From IMG/VR virus record IMGVR_UViG_3300035698_018388: a stretch of 64,000 nucleotides of DNA. The stretch is one strand, 5' to 3'. The notes beneath the pieces are model-generated. The model had not been told where the DNA came from and searched no databases. It saw only the letters and a program-made list of their open reading frames with translations. The DNA is from an uncultured virus (IMG/VR IMGVR_UViG_3300035698_018388). Taxonomy: Duplodnaviria; Heunggongvirae; Uroviricota; Caudoviricetes. A program made the position numbers and the translations under genes. Positions 10,308-20,423 of the stretch are shown here, in pieces (position 1 is the stretch's first letter; each line of letters opens with the position of its first letter).

Positions 10308-11835
10308 TTAAAATATTAATCTCCACACCACCCGGTAAAAATCCGGGATGTTTTATTGTCGGAGTATTTCTTTCAATAATTTCCTTTTCACGATCCAAAT
10401 TCATATACTTATCATATGCAACTGTTAATGTAGAAGTAACATCAACACCAATCAAAACGGTTTGTGTTTTTGAAAGAGATGAAGTAATTGCCTCCATTGC
10501 CCGAACAAAAATAGGTCTAAAATTTTTCAAAGCCTCATAAGAATATGGATCTGAAATAGATATATTGTAATCTGAATATGTAACATTTTCTGAATCGTTT
10601 CCAAGTTTAAGAAGAAAAGCATCTATGGCATCTAAAATATTATCTCTAACTTCAATAGCCATTTCGTAACTCGTATATTTTATTCTGACAGCAGTACGAG
10701 CAGCAATCAGAATTGAATTCAATCTCATAAAATTAACTGTTGCAACTGTATTTGCAGACTCAATTGCTCTTGTCTTTGTTGTAATATTTATGACCGGTAA
10801 AACTCCTCCATATTTATTATCCGTTGATACCGTTGTATCACCAAAAGAGTTTAATGCCAAACATGAATCAACAGTTGTCTTTCCAACAATTTCAGGTATG
10901 CTTCCAGAATCAGAAGTCGTACTTGCTTCATATCCTCCTGTTGTTAATTTTGATTCTGAATCCGTAGATGCACCGGACATAGGACCGGAAGAAATACCCC
11001 TTACAACGGCGCTACAAGGCCCAAACAACTGTTCAATTATTGTATCACCATACATACCACCAAAACTTAATAATCCATTTAACATTCCTACTGCTTTATT
11101 TGCAAAAGAACAAGTGTCTGCTATTTCCGGTAAAGTAATTGCAGAATATGATTCGGAAAGGTATCTTAATGCTTCTGCAACTTGAGTAGGCATTGCCCCT
11201 TGAACAGCAAGTGTTACCTGTTTTATCATAACATTTAAACTATCCATAGAACTCTTAATTGAATCTGCAACAAATCCAACAGAGTTTGCATAAACATTTC
11301 CAAGTCCGTCCTTTGAATCTTCTATTGCTTCTGACACAGCAACATCAACATCCCCGACAGGATCTTGAACTATTTCTGGCTGTTTAGATACAACATTATC
11401 ACCTTCGCCAAGTGGAGTAGATGCCGCCCCTACTTGAACAAAAGTCATTGTAAAATTAGCAATGCCGCCCCTTGAAAATGACTCTGCTATACTTGCCTTG
11501 CCAACAAGATTTACTTTTACACTTCCAAAAAATGGATGAATTAATGTTCCCGGACCCTTCTCTTTAAGGGCCGCAATTAATCGATCTCTTTCATCGAAGT
11601 AATCTTGACCGTTCTCTTTGTTCTGAACGACATATCCAGTAATCGTAAATTCTGAAACATCAAGGCCAAGATCTTCAATATATGGATCGTCCTTTTTAGG
11701 ATACCGATGAACAACAGTTTTCCTCCCGATACTTGCATCAGTATTGCTTACAAAGAAAAAAGCATTTCTAAAAGAAGCCTTCTTCCTTAGTTTATTCGAT
11801 GCGTCTGCCCAACTTAATCGATCTTTCCAAGACAT
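10300..11835 (-). CDS. Mu gpN-like DNA circularisation/tail protein
   Basis: ASFR...F.V, GR....H.YP....YIEDLG, GPGTLIHP.FG, C-terminal HPGFLP. Confidence 0.9.
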   Translation of the reverse strand: MSWKDRLSWADASNKLRKKASFRNAFFFVSNTDASIGRKTVVHRYPKKDDPYIEDLGLDVSEFTITGYVVQNKENGQDYFDERDRLIAALKEKGPGTLIHPFFGSVKVNLVGKASIAESFSRGGIANFTMTFVQVGAASTPLGEGDNVVSKQPEIVQDPVGDVDVAVSEAIEDSKDGLGNVYANSVGFVADSIKSSMDSLNVMIKQVTLAVQGAMPTQVAEALRYLSESYSAITLPEIADTCSFANKAVGMLNGLLSFGGMYGDTIIEQLFGPCSAVVRGISSGPMSGASTDSESKLTTGGYEASTTSDSGSIPEIVGKTTVDSCLALNSFGDTTVSTDNKYGGVLPVINITTKTRAIESANTVATVNFMRLNSILIAARTAVRIKYTSYEMAIEVRDNILDAIDAFLLKLGNDSENVTYSDYNISISDPYSYEALKNFRPIFVRAMEAITSSLSKTQTVLIGVDVTSTLTVAYDKYMNLDREKEIIERNTPTIKHPGFLPGGVEINILNE

Positions 11836-13628
11836 TATGGATAACCTCCCAAGTATGCTTCAGTTGCGATCATTGCTTTTGTCGCACCTTTACTCTTTAC
11901 CTTTTCAACTACTGCTGATGATCCTTGTTCCGCAGCAACTCTTATTTTTACTTCTGTTTCCGATTTTTGTGTATTAATTGTATTTACTGATTCTCCAGTA
12001 TCAGGGCCAAAACCACCCATACCAAGACCCCCGCTCATATTTTCACCAGCACTCTTAAAACCACTTCCCAAAAATTCTTTCAGGTACTTCGCCTCTTGTT
12101 TCAAAAATTGCCAGTTGTCATAAACGGCTTTAATCGCCATTGCAACAGCAGTAAATGCAGCAGCAAAAGCTAAAGCAGGGGCAGCAAAAGAGACCATTAA
12201 CCCAAGAAGTGTTCCAAGACCACCAATCGCCGTAAGACTTCCAATTGCAGAAGCGAGAAATCCAAAGACCATTAACAAAGGCCCAAGAGCAGCAGCAAGA
12301 AATCCAACTACCATTATGACTGCTTTTATAGCCGGATTTAATTTTGTAAACCAATCAACTATCGGCTTTAAAAAATTAATGATTCCAATTAAAACAGGCA
12401 GAAGAATATTCCCAAAAGAAACGGCCAACTGTTTAACTCTATTGCTAAACATTATTAATTGAGAAGCAACATCTTTATTTCTTTTCGCCGCTTCTTCCGT
12501 CAACGCTATATTTTCTTTATATGCCTTTGACGATTTTTCAATTGTTTGCCTAAACATGTCTCCAGAACCGGCGGCTCTCAATAGAGCATCCGCAATCCTC
12601 ATTCCATCCAGCCCCAACTTATCTAAAATAATATTTACATTCTTTCCTTCCTTATCAAGTCGGCCCAAACCTTCTGTAACTTTTATTAAAGCTCCAACAG
12701 CATCCGTCTTCCATTGCTCTTCAAATACTTTAACCGGCATTCCCGCAACCGTAGCAAAACCTAACATTTTTTGACTACCAGTTCCAATTTCTTTATCTAT
12801 CTTTCTCATGATTTGAGAAAATGCCGTCCCGCCAGATTCCGCTTTAATACCAAGCTGAGCCAAACCCGCTGCAAGCCCCAATATTTCCGGTTGGGCCAAT
12901 CCAATAATACTACCCGCACCAGCAAGCCTTTGTGTCATGTTGAGAATTCTATCTTCAGTTGTCGCTGTATTATTCCCAAGATAAACAAGAGCAGAAGCAA
13001 AATTGTCAAAATCCTGCTGTGACATTTTAGTCACATTTGCAAATTGAGCAATCTGTGTAGCTGCTAATTGCATATCTAATATAGGAGCAGCAGCACCAAG
13101 GTCTGCCATCGTCTTCACGAAAAGCGGAATATTTTTTCTTTTTACATCAAGTTGACCAGCCGTTTCTGCCAAAGCAAATAATTTATTTGTTGCAACGGGA
13201 ACCTTTAATGCCAAATCCAAAATCTCTTTTTTCAAGGCGGCATATTGAACTTCGGTTGCATCAACTGTTTTTCTAACCCCGGTAAAAGCACTTTGAGAAT
13301 TCATTGCCATTTTAATTGCAGCACCACCCATTAAAGCAATAGGCAATGTCACTTTTAATGCAATGTCTCTTCCAACAGCACTCAGCCGCTTTCCCATTTT
13401 CGTAAAGCCAGATCGTTCAATACTCCTTCCCGTTTTAGCCATACGACTATCAAGCATTCGCAATCTTGCACTTAAACGATCTACTCCAGTTCCGGCGGTC
13501 TTAAAAGAAGTTGTCATCGTTCTGAGAGGTCTTGAAACATTACCAATTGACCTCCCAATTTTGCGAAGTGGTCCCGTCGCTTTGTCAAGCACTTTTAAAA
13601 TAATACTAATGTCATATTGGTTCGCCAT
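11835..13628 (-). CDS. tail tape measure protein (TP901-type core)
   Basis: AF.GV.KTVD, GI.AE.GGTA.S motifs, hydrophobic C-terminal segment; start at ATG 13628 with GGAGG RBS. Confidence 0.9.
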   Translation of the reverse strand: MANQYDISIILKVLDKATGPLRKIGRSIGNVSRPLRTMTTSFKTAGTGVDRLSARLRMLDSRMAKTGRSIERSGFTKMGKRLSAVGRDIALKVTLPIALMGGAAIKMAMNSQSAFTGVRKTVDATEVQYAALKKEILDLALKVPVATNKLFALAETAGQLDVKRKNIPLFVKTMADLGAAAPILDMQLAATQIAQFANVTKMSQQDFDNFASALVYLGNNTATTEDRILNMTQRLAGAGSIIGLAQPEILGLAAGLAQLGIKAESGGTAFSQIMRKIDKEIGTGSQKMLGFATVAGMPVKVFEEQWKTDAVGALIKVTEGLGRLDKEGKNVNIILDKLGLDGMRIADALLRAAGSGDMFRQTIEKSSKAYKENIALTEEAAKRNKDVASQLIMFSNRVKQLAVSFGNILLPVLIGIINFLKPIVDWFTKLNPAIKAVIMVVGFLAAALGPLLMVFGFLASAIGSLTAIGGLGTLLGLMVSFAAPALAFAAAFTAVAMAIKAVYDNWQFLKQEAKYLKEFLGSGFKSAGENMSGGLGMGGFGPDTGESVNTINTQKSETEVKIRVAAEQGSSAVVEKVKSKGATKAMIATEAYLGGYP

Positions 13629-13629
13629 T

Positions 13630-13791
13630 TTATATATTCCCTCCAACCCACTTTGCAACTTTTGACATTCCTATATGCCAAAACAAAAGTTCTTTCATTT
13701 CCATTTCCCAAATTTCACTCGCCGGAAATTTGTAAATGTATGCGACCCCCCAGACTACTTCTCGCCAGTCGAGAGGGACGTTGATAAAAAA
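13630..13791 (-). CDS. tail chaperone -1 frameshift extension (P2 gpE'-like)
   Basis: -1 frame after U UUU UUA reads DWREVVWGVAYIYKFPASEIWEMEMKELLFWH and stops just before the tape measure ATG. Confidence 0.75.
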   Translation of the reverse strand, partial: FFINVPLDWREVVWGVAYIYKFPASEIWEMEMKELLFWHIGMSKVAKWVGGNI

Positions 13792-14060
13792 TTTCCTAAT
13801 TCCCCTGCAATTTCGATAAGATCCTCAAGATCCATTTCATCAACACATTCTATAGGAATATTGGCAAGGGCAGAAATCAAAGGAATCATTTCAACTGGTT
13901 TTACTTCCCCATCACCCTCAAACATTGAATCAGGCAAATGTCTTAAATGCTTTGCCTTTAAACGCCCGAGTCGAATGGAATCAACTTTAATATTCCCACC
14001 ATCCTTTTTTGGAATATCAATCGGAAATTTTAATTTTATAACTTTTTCTTCTGTACTCAT
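13755..14060 (-). CDS. tail assembly chaperone (Mu gp41/P2 gpE-like)
   Basis: I.L..P, R.KA..L, DEMDLED motif; between tube and tape measure. Confidence 0.85.
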   Translation of the reverse strand: MSTEEKVIKLKFPIDIPKKDGGNIKVDSIRLGRLKAKHLRHLPDSMFEGDGEVKPVEMIPLISALANIPIECVDEMDLEDLIEIAGELGNFLSTSLSTGEK

Positions 14061-14094
14061 TTATTTATTCCTTTTATTTTTTATTAAATACTAA

Positions 14095-14490
14095 TTATGT
14101 TTCGCTGGTATTTTCTGTCCAAAACGGACCTTCAAAAATAACCGCTGTTTCACCTTCGCCAGCAGTCAAAGTAAAGTTGCGAAGACAAGTCGCCCCTTCC
14201 ATCACGTACTCTTTTCCACCACCAGCGGCCCGAAAAATAACGGTTCCATTTTCTCGAATTCTTGCAAGATCAGAAAGACTGACATCACTCCGATCTGTAA
14301 TTGTAACTTCACATCTTGCAGGAACTGGCTTTTCAATATATCCATGACTACCGCTGTCACCTTGAATTGCTTCAAGTTCATAGTTTTGTTCCCCTGAAAT
14401 ACCAATACCAGAAGCCGTAGCGCCAGCCTTATTCAATAATAAAACTCCATTAACCAAAATTTCCACTCGACCAGTAATTCGTTTTGCCAT
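14095..14490 (-). CDS. tail tube protein (Mu gpM-like)
   Basis: RITG....VNG, HGY.E, GEGE....FEG; follows sheath; GGAGG RBS before ATG 14490. Confidence 0.85.
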   Translation of the reverse strand: MAKRITGRVEILVNGVLLLNKAGATASGIGISGEQNYELEAIQGDSGSHGYIEKPVPARCEVTITDRSDVSLSDLARIRENGTVIFRAAGGGKEYVMEGATCLRNFTLTAGEGETAVIFEGPFWTENTSET

Positions 14491-14513
14491 TTTGAAATCC
14501 TCCATTAAAATAT

Positions 14514-14560
14514 AAAAGAAAAAGAATGTTTGTGAGGGAGTTAATCCTCCCTCACAAACA
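14514..14560 (-). terminator. 14 bp hairpin plus U-tract between sheath and tube
   Basis: tgtttgtgagggag-ttaatc-ctccctcacaaaca, followed on minus strand by ttctttttctttt. Confidence 0.6.
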
Positions 14561-14581
14561 AATCAAACAAACAAATTATAT

Positions 14582-16108
14582 CTAAAGAATGAACTGAATA
14601 TTTCCGGCAAGGACTCTAAATTGATTAATCAAATCTGCCGGGAGTAATACATCAACACGATTTCGGTCTGCCAGATTTCTTTCAACAACAAGGTTATCAA
14701 TAAAGTCATCCAGATTTTCAATCAGACCAACATCCCTCAACAAAGTAAACAAGGCAATCGTTTCTTGTTTAACTGTTTTGGGAGTAGCAACATTCGATCC
14801 CGGTTGAACAGGAAAAGTATCATCGGCCAATTTGAATCGAGGAATAATAAAACGATTGACCATTCTGGTTTTATACTGATACCGAATTTCTCCCAATGTC
14901 GCCAGCGTTTGAATATCCAGATAACTTGGATCAGGAGTGCCAAGAGCATTTTCTTGATAAGAAGTAATACTCCGTTCGATCAAAACATTTCCACCAGAAT
15001 CTACAATCCATGTTGCAATTCCATCATACAAAAGGGTATCACGTTCTGAACGAATATACCGATCCGAAATCGGAGGAGGCAAGATGCCTTTCAATTTCAG
15101 GGTGTGGAGTGGTCGGGCCGGATCTATATTAAGGTTCCACGCCGCCTGAGCACCCCATGCAGCCGCCCATCTTTCGGGCGTTTGCGGTGCATTGGTATTT
15201 GCAATGATCGTGTTGTGAGGACTGTTCCTTGTGTTACCAAGAGTAGTAGCACTTGCCATTGCTCCACGGACACAAGTAAATCCATGACCCTGAAGATCTT
15301 CAAGAGGGAGAAAACGATCTTCCAATTCGTCTTCGATTTCCGTTAAATTTGCAGCAGCAATATAAGGTTGAATAATATAATGGAATTGCTCCCCGGCGAT
15401 TACTGCCCAAGCGTCTCCAAGATCAGGATCGGTTGCGCCACCAGTAAAACTGTAATAAAATGAAGTGCTGACCGCAGCGGTAGAAACAATTTTAATCATC
15501 TCTTGACTGAAGCAAGAAGGCGTTTGTGTTCCATAATAATTTTCAATAATGGAAATATAATTTCCAAGAGTTCCAGAACAAACAGCCGTCAACCCAACAG
15601 TACCCGCACTAATGGCTGCTGTTATTGGAAGATTTGAAGTACTATTAATCATCGATGCAATTTTTGTCGCCATTCCCACACCACTCATACCACTTGTGAA
15701 AGCAACTTCCAACTGCTGACCATCAATCATTATGTACCATGTATGCGTTCCAGAAATAATATCGGAGTAAATCGCAGCGGAAAGCATAATATCCGCTGAA
15801 GCCGCAGTTCCACCAATTCCACTTCCAAGAGCCATTGCATATACTTCCGTATTCGGATTATTATCCTTGAAAGTATTGCACATTCTGGCAAGAACACTTC
15901 CTGCCCCAAAAAAACCATCAGCCAGATTGTCTCTTGAAATTGCCGTAAGCGTATCAAACGGAGCACTTCCCGCTGCTAACTTTTGGCCCAAGATCAAAAC
16001 CTTATGAGGATTTTGAACGAGGCCTTTTAGTGCTCTTGAATTATCGATCTCGACATAAGCACCGGGAGTTCTAATCGTTGTCGGAATATTATTAAAAGTA
16101 ATCGCCAT
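14582..16108 (-). CDS. tail sheath protein (Mu gpL-like)
   Basis: F..IP...R.PG.YVE.DNS.A, FGAGS.LA.M, DPARPL.TL.L, DL.NQ.RV.A motifs. Confidence 0.95.
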   Translation of the reverse strand: MAITFNNIPTTIRTPGAYVEIDNSRALKGLVQNPHKVLILGQKLAAGSAPFDTLTAISRDNLADGFFGAGSVLARMCNTFKDNNPNTEVYAMALGSGIGGTAASADIMLSAAIYSDIISGTHTWYIMIDGQQLEVAFTSGMSGVGMATKIASMINSTSNLPITAAISAGTVGLTAVCSGTLGNYISIIENYYGTQTPSCFSQEMIKIVSTAAVSTSFYYSFTGGATDPDLGDAWAVIAGEQFHYIIQPYIAAANLTEIEDELEDRFLPLEDLQGHGFTCVRGAMASATTLGNTRNSPHNTIIANTNAPQTPERWAAAWGAQAAWNLNIDPARPLHTLKLKGILPPPISDRYIRSERDTLLYDGIATWIVDSGGNVLIERSITSYQENALGTPDPSYLDIQTLATLGEIRYQYKTRMVNRFIIPRFKLADDTFPVQPGSNVATPKTVKQETIALFTLLRDVGLIENLDDFIDNLVVERNLADRNRVDVLLPADLINQFRVLAGNIQFIL

Positions 16109-16111
16109 TGT

Positions 16112-16345
16112 TTATTTCTCCTTTCCTGTTGCACTTCTCGGTTTCTCGACGGGTACAACAACTGAAGATTTGTTTACCTCTTTCGGTTTGCCAATTGAAA
16201 CAGTTCCATCCTTAATTCTTCGTCTCCAATACCTCCCTTCAGGCCCGATCATCGGTTTAAGTTCTCCACCCTTAATAAGCGGAACATGTGACCTTGGATC
16301 TCTTACAATAAGGTCATTAAGCGGAATTAAAAAAGCTGATACCAT
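16112..16345 (-). CDS. DUF2635 / Mu gp38-like protein
   Basis: VRDP...YWRRRIKDG.V motif upstream of sheath. Confidence 0.85.
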   Translation of the reverse strand: MVSAFLIPLNDLIVRDPRSHVPLIKGGELKPMIGPEGRYWRRRIKDGTVSIGKPKEVNKSSVVVPVEKPRSATGKEK

Positions 16346-16366
16346 TTTAAGTTTCCTCCTTTTTTA

Positions 16367-17008
16367 TTAATAGATTTTATATGTATCAAATTCAATCGAA
16401 AAACCTCGGCCAAAAGCTCCGGCCCTTGGATCGTCAGTAAAATCAATTTTCGTTTCCATATCAGGAATAAATGATTCAACTGGAAGTACTTCAGTCACCG
16501 GCAAATTAGCACATGGAGACAAGACCCAATCAGCATAAATAGAATCAAAATCATCAAGGGCTCCCATCTCCACTCCATCTTCATCATCAATTCTAAAAGA
16601 AGCCTCGAACTCAAACTGATACCACAAATTAGATCTTGTCAGTTTAAATACTTTTCCTCCTGAATAAGAAACAAGACTTTCGGCACCTGTCATTTGCCAC
16701 CCAAGAAGGGCTTTAAACAATTGAGTTCTTACTTCATACAATGTATCATAAGCCGTCAATCCAGTTTTGTCTCTTTGCGTTGTCGCATTATCAATTGCGA
16801 CAATTACTCCGAACCGTTCTGTTATTTTTTGATTAATTCCACTATCCATAGCATTAGCATTTGCCCGTTCTGCCAATTGCACAACAAAAGCGACTTCCTT
16901 TTGAAGTGTTTGATCCACAACATTCACAAGTTCAGCAGCACCGGCAACACGGTCTTCAAACCGGGTTTCTGCTAATCTTATTTTGAGAACTATTGGGCCA
17001 ATTCTCAT
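16367..17008 (-). CDS. tail terminator (Mu gp37-like)
   Basis: V.GAAE, Q...E.F.V.V, L..ALLGW, LWYQ.EF motifs. Confidence 0.8.
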   Translation of the reverse strand: MRIGPIVLKIRLAETRFEDRVAGAAELVNVVDQTLQKEVAFVVQLAERANANAMDSGINQKITERFGVIVAIDNATTQRDKTGLTAYDTLYEVRTQLFKALLGWQMTGAESLVSYSGGKVFKLTRSNLWYQFEFEASFRIDDEDGVEMGALDDFDSIYADWVLSPCANLPVTEVLPVESFIPDMETKIDFTDDPRAGAFGRGFSIEFDTYKIY

Positions 17009-17021
17009 TTTGAATTACTCC

Positions 17022-17477
17022 TTATTTAATCGACGATTTTATTGCATCAAAAAGAACTTCACTTGCTGAATCTGCAAGATCATCTAAAAGTTGTTCTTTA
17101 TGTTCTTCTACAGATGGAGCAATAAATGGTCTCGCTTTCATTTTTGATGTTCCCAATTCTAAATACTCCCCATAAACAAGGCCACCAGATCCGATCTCAA
17201 GTTCCATTCCATTAACATCGAAGTCAATACTTTGTATAAGTTTACCACTATTGCTTGCGGGATATTCACCGGGAGCAGAAGCCTGATGATTGCCATATGT
17301 TTTCCCTGTCTTCGGCGGATTCATTATCCCTTCAATAATTGTATTCCTAATTTCAATTCCGGCAGCATTCAACGTGTTATTAACCATTTCAGGATAAAAT
17401 TCAATTGCTTTTGTAAACTTTCTCGCAAGTTTTTTAATCGTTCTATTAAATTTATTTAATTTTCTTACGTCAATCAT
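17022..17477 (-). CDS. neck protein, HK97 gp10-like
   Basis: HQASAPGE.PA..G.L..SI, Y..YLE.GTSKM.ARPF..P motifs. Confidence 0.9.
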   Translation of the reverse strand: MIDVRKLNKFNRTIKKLARKFTKAIEFYPEMVNNTLNAAGIEIRNTIIEGIMNPPKTGKTYGNHQASAPGEYPASNSGKLIQSIDFDVNGMELEIGSGGLVYGEYLELGTSKMKARPFIAPSVEEHKEQLLDDLADSASEVLFDAIKSSIK

Positions 17478-17920
17478 GCCGGATAACCTGTTCCTCGTTC
17501 TTCAACTTCTTCTGCCAGAATTGTCACATACTCATTTTGCTCTTTGTTATTTAAAAGATTATCAACCCTGAAAAGTCTTCCCTTAACAGTTGACCCACAT
17601 TCTAAAAATAGATAATAATCTGACTTTGGATTTGTCAAGTCATTCTGAATATTTAATCCAGAACCAAACCCAATTGCAAACTCTCCTCCAAACGCTGTTA
17701 CTTCTATATACCTTGCCATAAATTCATGAGTAATAGCAGCATTAATCTGTTGCCCACGAACATATCTCACCCCATCAGATTTATATCCGAAGGTCTTTAC
17801 TCCCATCCATAAGGTTGCTAACACATCCAAAGAAAAATCAAACCCGCCATCATCATTTTCAGTTTGTATTGGTTTCCCTATTTGAACTTGTTGATTTAAT
17901 TTCGGAGTAATCCAACTCAT
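17474..17920 (-). CDS. head closure protein (SPP1 gp16-like)
   Basis: L...V.I......DD.GG pattern and position; likely start ATG 17920. Confidence 0.7.
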   Translation of the reverse strand: MSWITPKLNQQVQIGKPIQTENDDGGFDFSLDVLATLWMGVKTFGYKSDGVRYVRGQQINAAITHEFMARYIEVTAFGGEFAIGFGSGLNIQNDLTNPKSDYYLFLECGSTVKGRLFRVDNLLNNKEQNEYVTILAEEVEERGTGYPA

Positions 17921-17921
17921 T

Positions 17922-18218
17922 TTAAGATCCTTCATCATGAATGTATTCAGTAAAGGGTTCACCGGGTGCCGCCCTTCCATCTGAAAAAGTAACATAACTC
18001 CAAAATGTCCATTCGCCAGAAACGCCCAATGTTTCTCCAAGAGTAAAATCTTTATAAACAACCCCATTGAGTTCGTCATCTACTGTCGTTACTGCCCATG
18101 ATCCTTCGGTACCATTAGGATCTTTATACTTTATAACAGCAGTAGCATCTGACAGAGTATAACCAATGTGAATCTTTATCCTGAGAAAATCTTGGTCTTT
18201 ATAAATTTTTCCAGACAT
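17922..18218 (-). CDS. small Ig-like (BppU-like) structural protein
   Basis: I.Y..P.G..GSW...GEW.....VTF.DG pattern. Confidence 0.55.
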   Translation of the reverse strand: MSGKIYKDQDFLRIKIHIGYTLSDATAVIKYKDPNGTEGSWAVTTVDDELNGVVYKDFTLGETLGVSGEWTFWSYVTFSDGRAAPGEPFTEYIHDEGS

Positions 18219-18223
18219 TCAGA

Positions 18224-18454
18224 TTACCTCCCCAACAATGACATTCTATTTAAAACTGATTTCAATTCCGATCCTTCTGAAAGTTCTTCTTTGATACCAG
18301 ACATTTTAACCAAAGTTTTTTTTATACTTGAACCCCCAATCAAAATTTCAGATGGAAGGAAAAGAGCATATCTGCTACTATAGTTCGTAAGGAATCCGGT
18401 GCCAAAATATCTTTGGTGTTGGTAGTACTCAAAATATGTCCATTCAAATATCAT
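18224..18454 (-). CDS. hypothetical protein
   Basis: ORF packed between neighbouring genes. Confidence 0.5.
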   Translation of the reverse strand: MIFEWTYFEYYQHQRYFGTGFLTNYSSRYALFLPSEILIGGSSIKKTLVKMSGIKEELSEGSELKSVLNRMSLLGR

Positions 18455-18459
18455 AGCAA

Positions 18460-19101
18460 TTATCCCGTCGTTACAATCGTGATTACTCTTTGATCCGCAC
18501 CGGTAGCTGTAAACTTTAATGTTATAATACTCGCATTCATTTCCGTTTGTGTCAAATTAATTTTATAAACACCGCCGGATATTTCAGATACCGAATTCGT
18601 ACACGCTGCAAATGCTTCTCCGTCTTTTGAAATTTCGGCAGTAACCGTTAAGGCGGGTTTCCCCGTAATATGATCACTACTTGCAACCATAAAGAACTCA
18701 AAGTTATCAAGAGCAACATTTTTTCTTACAGAAGAACTTGCAGTATCCACCGTCAAATTAAACATCTGGAAAAACACATAACATCCAGCAACTTTGATTG
18801 TAATAACAACCCAATCGGCTCCTGCAGCAAAGGCCGCATCAGATGAATCAAAACGGTATTGACCCGGAGTATTTGTAGAATCCACTTCTTTAAAACCACC
18901 GTCAGCATGTGCAGAATCAACAGCCGCAAGAGTAATAGCTGGAATATTAACCCTGATGCCCCCCTGCCGCCAATACGAAGCTGTTACATCACCAAAAACT
19001 TTTCCTGTTACCTCCGTATTGTCAGAAGTACTTCTTAAAATAACAGGAATGCTTAAATTAACACTACCAGCTAAAACTCCACCTTGTAATTTTTCGCTCA
19101 T
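18460..19101 (-). CDS. putative virion structural protein
   Basis: Two similar beta-rich halves (EVD....PG.Y / EIS.GVY); AGGTG RBS. Confidence 0.6.
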   Translation of the reverse strand: MSEKLQGGVLAGSVNLSIPVILRSTSDNTEVTGKVFGDVTASYWRQGGIRVNIPAITLAAVDSAHADGGFKEVDSTNTPGQYRFDSSDAAFAAGADWVVITIKVAGCYVFFQMFNLTVDTASSSVRKNVALDNFEFFMVASSDHITGKPALTVTAEISKDGEAFAACTNSVSEISGGVYKINLTQTEMNASIITLKFTATGADQRVITIVTTG

Positions 19102-19112
19102 TTAATTCACCT

Positions 19113-19622
19113 TTAAGCAAAAGTCAATGTCCAAGTTACAACAAGCGAATCGGCTGCCAACTTATTGACTGCTGCAAAATCAGCGTAAGTTAAAAGGTCA
19201 GTCGTATTCTGGGTAACCACATTAAAAATACCGGCTTCTGTAATTACGCCTGTTCCAACTCCTGCACCAAAAGTACAGATCATTGTTACGATTGCGTTTG
19301 CTCCTCTTGTTTTTGAATCAAGAGCCGTTCTTGATGCGACAATGTAGGTCGCTAATGTCGTGCTTGCCGCTGTCTGGCCGGTTCCTGTTCCTAATTCCAT
19401 CCAGCCGGGGCTGATAACTGCTGGCGCTGCCAAAATTCGATCTGCGGCCATTTTATGGCATAAAGTGGTAACAGTATTAAAAATCTTCCGGCTGTCTTTA
19501 AGATTGCCAAACTTATCAAACAGTTTTGCTTCAAAAATTCCTCGCATTCCAATAACATCCTGAATTGCTTTTCCTACCCCAAGACTTATTTCATCTTTCA
19601 TTGACATTCCATCATTAATCAT
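19113..19622 (-). CDS. putative structural protein (tail-fibre/baseplate-like)
   Basis: N.VT..., MELGTG, TEAGIFN, K...DSL..TWT.T pattern common in phage virion proteins. Confidence 0.65.
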   Translation of the reverse strand: MINDGMSMKDEISLGVGKAIQDVIGMRGIFEAKLFDKFGNLKDSRKIFNTVTTLCHKMAADRILAAPAVISPGWMELGTGTGQTAASTTLATYIVASRTALDSKTRGANAIVTMICTFGAGVGTGVITEAGIFNVVTQNTTDLLTYADFAAVNKLAADSLVVTWTLTFA

Positions 19623-19634
19623 TTGTTTTTCTCC

Positions 19635-20420
19635 TTAAAATAAATTTTGTAATGAGTGAAGACCAAGCTGTTCAATTATAAATCCGGCAAGGCCCGAAAT
19701 ATCATTTCTGTCTGAAAGCCTTATCATATCAGACTTGTTAATCCCAAATTGCTTTGCCACACTATCAGAAATCGAAATGGCATCTGCTTTATTTAATCCA
19801 AATCCTTTTAATAAAAGATCTGTCAAACTTATTGAATCCGATTTCGATAATTCTACAAGTTTGGAAGTGGCATCTGTCAAATTAATTACATCTTCTTTAC
19901 TTGCCAAAAAAGATTTTACAATTACATCAGACAAATTAATGGTATCTGATTCTGTAAGATATACTTCTTTAACAATTACATCTGTTAAATTAATTGTATC
20001 TGCTTTATTTGCTAAAAAAGATTTAAAAGGAGTATCTGTTAAATTAATTGTATCTGCTTTATTTGCGCCTATACTTTTAACAGATCCATCAGATAAAACA
20101 ATCACATCTGTTTTATATAATCCCGGTGTCTTAACAAGTCCATCTGATAGAGTAATTGTATCTGCTTCACTTAATCCAAACGCCTTAATCGGAGTATCTG
20201 ATAAAGTTATCGAATCAGATTCCGGCTTTCCTACCTTTTTAACAAGTCCATCTGAAAGAGTAATTGAATCAGATAATGATTTTGTTAATGCACTTCCCGC
20301 AAACTCATCATCAAACTCAATATAATCAGCAGACGCAACCCACCCTTTCTGGGTGATTAATATCGACCCATCGGGAAGTCTGACAATATTGAGATTTGTT
20401 CCTAATACTTCTTCAGCCAT
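19635..20420 (-). CDS. 18-aa tandem repeat protein
   Basis: About 11 copies of D-x-I-x-L-S/T-D-xxx-K; 54 bp DNA periodicity. Confidence 0.7.
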   Translation of the reverse strand: MAEEVLGTNLNIVRLPDGSILITQKGWVASADYIEFDDEFAGSALTKSLSDSITLSDGLVKKVGKPESDSITLSDTPIKAFGLSEADTITLSDGLVKTPGLYKTDVIVLSDGSVKSIGANKADTINLTDTPFKSFLANKADTINLTDVIVKEVYLTESDTINLSDVIVKSFLASKEDVINLTDATSKLVELSKSDSISLTDLLLKGFGLNKADAISISDSVAKQFGINKSDMIRLSDRNDISGLAGFIIEQLGLHSLQNLF

Positions 20421-20423
20421 AAT

